From positions 1 to 58,487 of the forward strand of contig JAKLES010000001.1 in assembly GCA_022711575.1 (NCBI GenBank): a stretch of 58,487 nt of DNA. The letters run 5' to 3'. How positions within the stretch are numbered: the first letter of the stretch is position 1; each line of letters opens with the position of its first letter. The translations under genes were made by a program, and so were the position numbers. This document shows positions 55,394-58,487 of the stretch, in pieces. The notes beneath the pieces are model-generated. The model searched no databases. It was not told the DNA's origin and worked only from the letters and a program-made list of their open reading frames with translations. Source of the DNA: Deltaproteobacteria bacterium. Its GTDB lineage: Bacteria; Desulfobacterota; Syntrophia; Syntrophales; Smithellaceae.

Positions 55394-55591
55394 CTATAAA
55401 TAAGGAATAAGCCTCTTGATTGCAGTCTCATTTGCTGAATGAACCAGTGTGGATTTCCTCAAAGTTCTTTTTCTTTTGGTGGTCTTTTTTGTGAGGATGT
55501 GACTGGCAAAGGCCTTACTCCGTTTCACCTTACCCTTCGCGGTAATCGAAAAGCGCTTAGCAGCTCCTCTATGTGTTTTCATCTTTGGCAT
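55394..55591 (-). CDS. rpmI: 50S ribosomal protein L35
   Basis: [20 protein letters not shown]...H; 65 aa. Confidence 0.95.
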   Translation of the reverse strand: MPKMKTHRGAAKRFSITAKGKVKRSKAFASHILTKKTTKRKRTLRKSTLVHSANETAIKRLIPYL

Positions 55592-55621
55592 ATTCTCACC
55601 TCTTTTTTTATTCTCATGTAT

Positions 55622-56131
55622 TTATTTTTTGGGTGAAACAATCATGACCATGTTCCGGCCTTCCAAGCGTGGCTCTTGATCCATAATACATTCATCAGCC
55701 AACACAGCTTTAATTTGGTCCATCAATTTACGGCCGATCTCCGTAAAAGCTATTTCACGCCCCCTGAACATCATCGATATTTTCACTTTGTTGTGTTGCT
55801 CCAAAAACTTTTTTATATGTTTTATTTTAGTTTGTAAGTCATGCGCTTCTGTTTTGGGCCTTAAACGAATTTCCTTCACATGAATGACCGTCTGGCTTTT
55901 TCTGGCATCATGGATTTTTTTACTTTGCTTATAGCGGTACTTTCCATAATCCATGATTTTGCAGACCGGCGGCTCGGCGTTGGAGGATACTTCCACTAAA
56001 TCCAGACCGACTCTTTCCGCATTGACAATCGCTTCATCCAGCGAAATAACACCCAGAGGCTGTCCTTCCTCATTAATAACTCTGACAGTCGCGGACTTTA
56101 TTTCTCTGTTGATTCTTAAATCCTTAACTAT
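55622..56131 (-). CDS. infC: Translation initiation factor IF-3, probable AUA start
   Basis: INREIKSATVRVINEEGQPLGVISLDEAI, AEPPVCKIMDYGKYRY, and KEIRLRPKT..HD. GGGAGGTG lies inside the track ORF (TTG at 56149) and is followed 6 nt later by ATA at 56131-56129. There is no in-frame ATG, GTG or TTG between the SD and the conserved N-terminus. Confidence 0.85.
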   Translation of the reverse strand: MVKDLRINREIKSATVRVINEEGQPLGVISLDEAIVNAERVGLDLVEVSSNAEPPVCKIMDYGKYRYKQSKKIHDARKSQTVIHVKEIRLRPKTEAHDLQTKIKHIKKFLEQHNKVKISMMFRGREIAFTEIGRKLMDQIKAVLADECIMDQEPRLEGRNMVMIVSPKK

Positions 56132-56168
56132 ACGGCACCTCCCAAGCAATCAATATTTAAATAAAATT

Positions 56169-58103
56169 CTACTTCTTTTTTGCACACATTTCCTGCACTA
56201 AAGCAATAAATTGTTCAACCGGCAGCGCGCCGAGATTCTGACCGTCGCGGACACGCGGCGCGACTGTTTCGGCCTCCACTTCCTTATCGCCTATCACCAG
56301 CATGTAAGGAATTTTCTGTATTTGCGCCTGACGGATTTTATAGCCTAATTTTTCATTGTCAAAATATTTTTCACACCGGATGCCGGCATCAATTAATCGG
56401 GTATAAACCGTCTGGGCGTATGGAATGTGCTTATCCGTAACGGTTAGCAAAACACATTGCGTCGGCGCCAGCCACACCGGGAACGCGCCTGCGTAATGCT
56501 CGATGAGAACGCCCATAAATCGCTCGATCGCGCCCAGAATGACCCGATGAAGCATGACGGGGCGGTGTTTTTCGCCATCCACGCCGATGTAACTCAGATC
56601 AAACCGTTCCGGCAGTGTAAAATCACACTGGATTGTCGCACACTGCCATTTTCTTTTCAAAGCGTCCTTGAGCTTAAAATCGATTTTCGGCCCGTAAAAA
56701 GCACCGTCGCCTTCATTAACCTCATAGCTGATGTTGTTGTCCTTGAGAGCATTTTCCAGCGCAGAGGTGGCCAGTTCCCAATCCGCATCGGATCCAATGG
56801 AATGTTCAGGCCGTGTGCTTAATTCCACTTCATATTCAAAGCCGAAAATACCCATTGCATAATTGACAAAATCTGCAATGGCGCGGATTTCAGAATTAAG
56901 CTGCTCAGGCATACAGAGAATATGGGCGTCATCCTGAGTGAATTGACGCGCACGCATCAATCCATGTAATACGCCCGTTTTTTCGTGACGGTGAACTGTG
57001 CCCAGTTCAAAATATCGAAGCGGTAGATCCCGGTAACTGCGGATTTTCGATTTATAAATCAGCATGTGGGAAAGACAGTTCATCGGCTTAATGCCGTAAG
57101 TCTGCTCGTCAACTTCGGTAAAATACATATTATCGCGGTAATGATCAAAATGGCCGGATTTTTTCCACAGATCAACTTTAAGAATCTGAGGCCCCATGAC
57201 CATATCGTAACCCCGCTTTAAGTGCTCTTTTCTTTCCCACTCTTCAATAATATAACGCAGTAACATGCCCTTGGGATGAAAAATCACAAGACCCGCACCC
57301 GCTTCATCATTGACCTGAAACAGATCCAGTTCTCTGCCTAGACGCCGGTGGTCCCTTTTTTTAGCCTCTTCGAGCAGATTCAGATAATCAGTAAGCTCCT
57401 GCTGATCGGCAAAACCGGTGCCGTAAATGCGCTGTAGCATCTTGTTATTTTCATTGCCGCGCCAGTATGCGCCCGCCACACTCAGAAGTTTAAATGCCTT
57501 GATTTTGCCCGTTGATGGAATATGCGGCCCGCGGCATAAATCGACATACTCCCCGTCCGTATAGATACTGACCACCGAAACACTCGCAGGCAAGTCACGA
57601 ATGAGCTCCACTTTGTAATCTTCGCCCTTTTGCGCGAAAAGCTCTACAGCCTTGTCACGGGGCAACTCTTCCCGGACAAAAGGATAATCAGTAGCTACAA
57701 TTTCTTTCATCCGCTTTTCAATCTTTTCAAAATCGTCAAGCGTAAAGGCTTCGGCATATTCAAAATCGTAATAAAAACCGTCTTCAATCGAAGGGCCTAT
57801 CGTAACCTTAGCGCCCTTAAATACATCTTGCACCGCCTGCGCCATGACATGAGATATACTGTGGCGCAATATGGAAAGACCTTCTCTGGATGAAATGGCG
57901 ATCGGTTCAACCGTTGAATCTTCTTTTAGAATAAAGCTCAAATCAACAGGGACACCATTGACTTTAGCGGCGACGGCAGAATTCAACAGATCTTTTTGCC
58001 AGATCCCGATGGCTTCACCAACAGTCACGCCGACGGAATACGTCTGCTCATTTCTATCTGGGAAAACAACCTTTATATTCGTCATGTTACTTTTTAAATC
58101 CAC
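56169..58103 (-). CDS. thrS: Threonine--tRNA ligase
   Basis: TGS domain, editing-domain HxxxH ([11 protein letters not shown]), and class II motifs ([36 protein letters not shown]). The start is either the GTG at 58103 or the ATG at 58085. Confidence 0.95.
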   Translation of the reverse strand: MDLKSNMTNIKVVFPDRNEQTYSVGVTVGEAIGIWQKDLLNSAVAAKVNGVPVDLSFILKEDSTVEPIAISSREGLSILRHSISHVMAQAVQDVFKGAKVTIGPSIEDGFYYDFEYAEAFTLDDFEKIEKRMKEIVATDYPFVREELPRDKAVELFAQKGEDYKVELIRDLPASVSVVSIYTDGEYVDLCRGPHIPSTGKIKAFKLLSVAGAYWRGNENNKMLQRIYGTGFADQQELTDYLNLLEEAKKRDHRRLGRELDLFQVNDEAGAGLVIFHPKGMLLRYIIEEWERKEHLKRGYDMVMGPQILKVDLWKKSGHFDHYRDNMYFTEVDEQTYGIKPMNCLSHMLIYKSKIRSYRDLPLRYFELGTVHRHEKTGVLHGLMRARQFTQDDAHILCMPEQLNSEIRAIADFVNYAMGIFGFEYEVELSTRPEHSIGSDADWELATSALENALKDNNISYEVNEGDGAFYGPKIDFKLKDALKRKWQCATIQCDFTLPERFDLSYIGVDGEKHRPVMLHRVILGAIERFMGVLIEHYAGAFPVWLAPTQCVLLTVTDKHIPYAQTVYTRLIDAGIRCEKYFDNEKLGYKIRQAQIQKIPYMLVIGDKEVEAETVAPRVRDGQNLGALPVEQFIALVQEMCAKKK

Positions 58104-58126
58104 TATTTACCATTTTACTTCATTTT

Positions 58127-58155
58127 AAAAGGGCATCACCATTTTGCTGATGCCC
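58127..58155 (-). terminator. Rho-independent terminator downstream of tRNA-Val
   Basis: GGGCATCA (58131-58138) pairs with TGATGCCC (58148-58155) around a 9-nt loop. A TTTT run follows on the minus strand. Confidence 0.6.
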
Positions 58156-58198
58156 TTTCCTTTATCGGCATTTACGGTATATGCGCGTTCATAAAAAA

Positions 58199-58273
58199 TG
58201 GTAGGCAAGCAGGGATTTGAACCCTGGACATCCACCGCGTCAGGATGGCGCTCTCCCCCTGAGCTACTTGCCT
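58199..58273 (-). tRNA. tRNA-Val (anticodon GAC), CCA encoded
   Basis: The minus strand reads AGGCAAGTAGCTCAGGGGGAGAGCGCCATCCTGACGCGGTGGATGTCCAGGGTTCAAATCCCTGCTTGCCTACCA. Folded by hand into a cloverleaf: acceptor AGGCAAG/CTTGCCT, D stem GCTC/GAGC, anticodon stem CCATC/GGTGG with loop CTGACGC, and T stem CAGGG/CCCTG. Confidence 0.93.
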
Positions 58274-58334
58274 ATATTCAACTTTTAGAGTTTGGTGAAC
58301 TAGCAGTAAAACACTGCTGTGTCAAGCAAATATC

Positions 58335-58487
58335 TTATTTTTTACCCTCTTCGGGTACGGATTTATTCAGTATCCGAATCCCTCGCATAATATAAACCAA
58401 ACCGGAAATAACAGTAAATAAAGCTGTGGCCCAGCAAAAACTAATAATCCAATAATACCCAAAATCATGCGTAAATGTTTTGTAAAG
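58335..58487 (-). CDS. C-terminal 50 codons of a CDP-alcohol phosphatidyltransferase-like membrane protein (PgsA-like); the 5' end lies outside the window
   Basis: Open at the window edge. Translation is LYKTFTHDFGYYWIISFCWATALFTVISGLVYIMRGIRILNKSVPEEGKK*. The hydrophobic W.A..FT..SG..Y tail resembles PgsA C-termini. The fragment is short, so the assignment is weak. Confidence 0.4.
   Translation of the reverse strand, partial: LYKTFTHDFGYYWIISFCWATALFTVISGLVYIMRGIRILNKSVPEEGKK

Noticed and set aside
58198-58395. A 65-aa plus-strand ORF
   Set aside because: It overlaps tRNA-Val (its N-terminus is the reverse complement of the tRNA) and the tail of the PgsA-like gene. Spurious.

Overview
This 58.5-kb window is a chromosomal segment made up almost entirely of housekeeping genes. 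I inferred its origin from gene content, with no database search. The desulfoferrodoxin/rubrerythrin/Fur-family cluster, NrfHA, PaaK plus ACT, a PxxKW cysteine-rich protein and the tmRNA tag ADNYDYALAA all fit an anaerobic Desulfobacterota (deltaproteobacterial) genome. I call about 62 CDS (two are partial at the window edges, one is a katG remnant), one tmRNA (ssrA, next to smpB) and one tRNA-Val(GAC). I also call several hairpin terminators and a few sigma70-like promoters. I found no CRISPR array, transposase, integrase, prophage or recognisable defence island, so I cannot point to a clear novel multi-gene system here. The five observations most worth a second look are: (1) a cofactor-independent phosphoglycerate mutase homologue whose two halves are in swapped order (an apparent circular permutation), translationally coupled to a macrodomain gene; (2) a ~140-nt remnant of katG that keeps its RBS, start codon and terminator, sitting between the Fur-family regulator and rbr-dfx; (3) an OprI/Lpp-like alanine-rich lipoprotein ending in Lys, directly downstream of two L,D-transpeptidase-family genes; (4) an uncharacterised 144-aa protein made of two repeats that each end in CQLGxF, in a PaaK/ACT/acyl-CoA cluster; (5) infC probably starting at AUA. 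Note that the supplied ORF track prints alternative starts (TTG/GTG) as M, so several starts were re-picked from RBS and overlap context.
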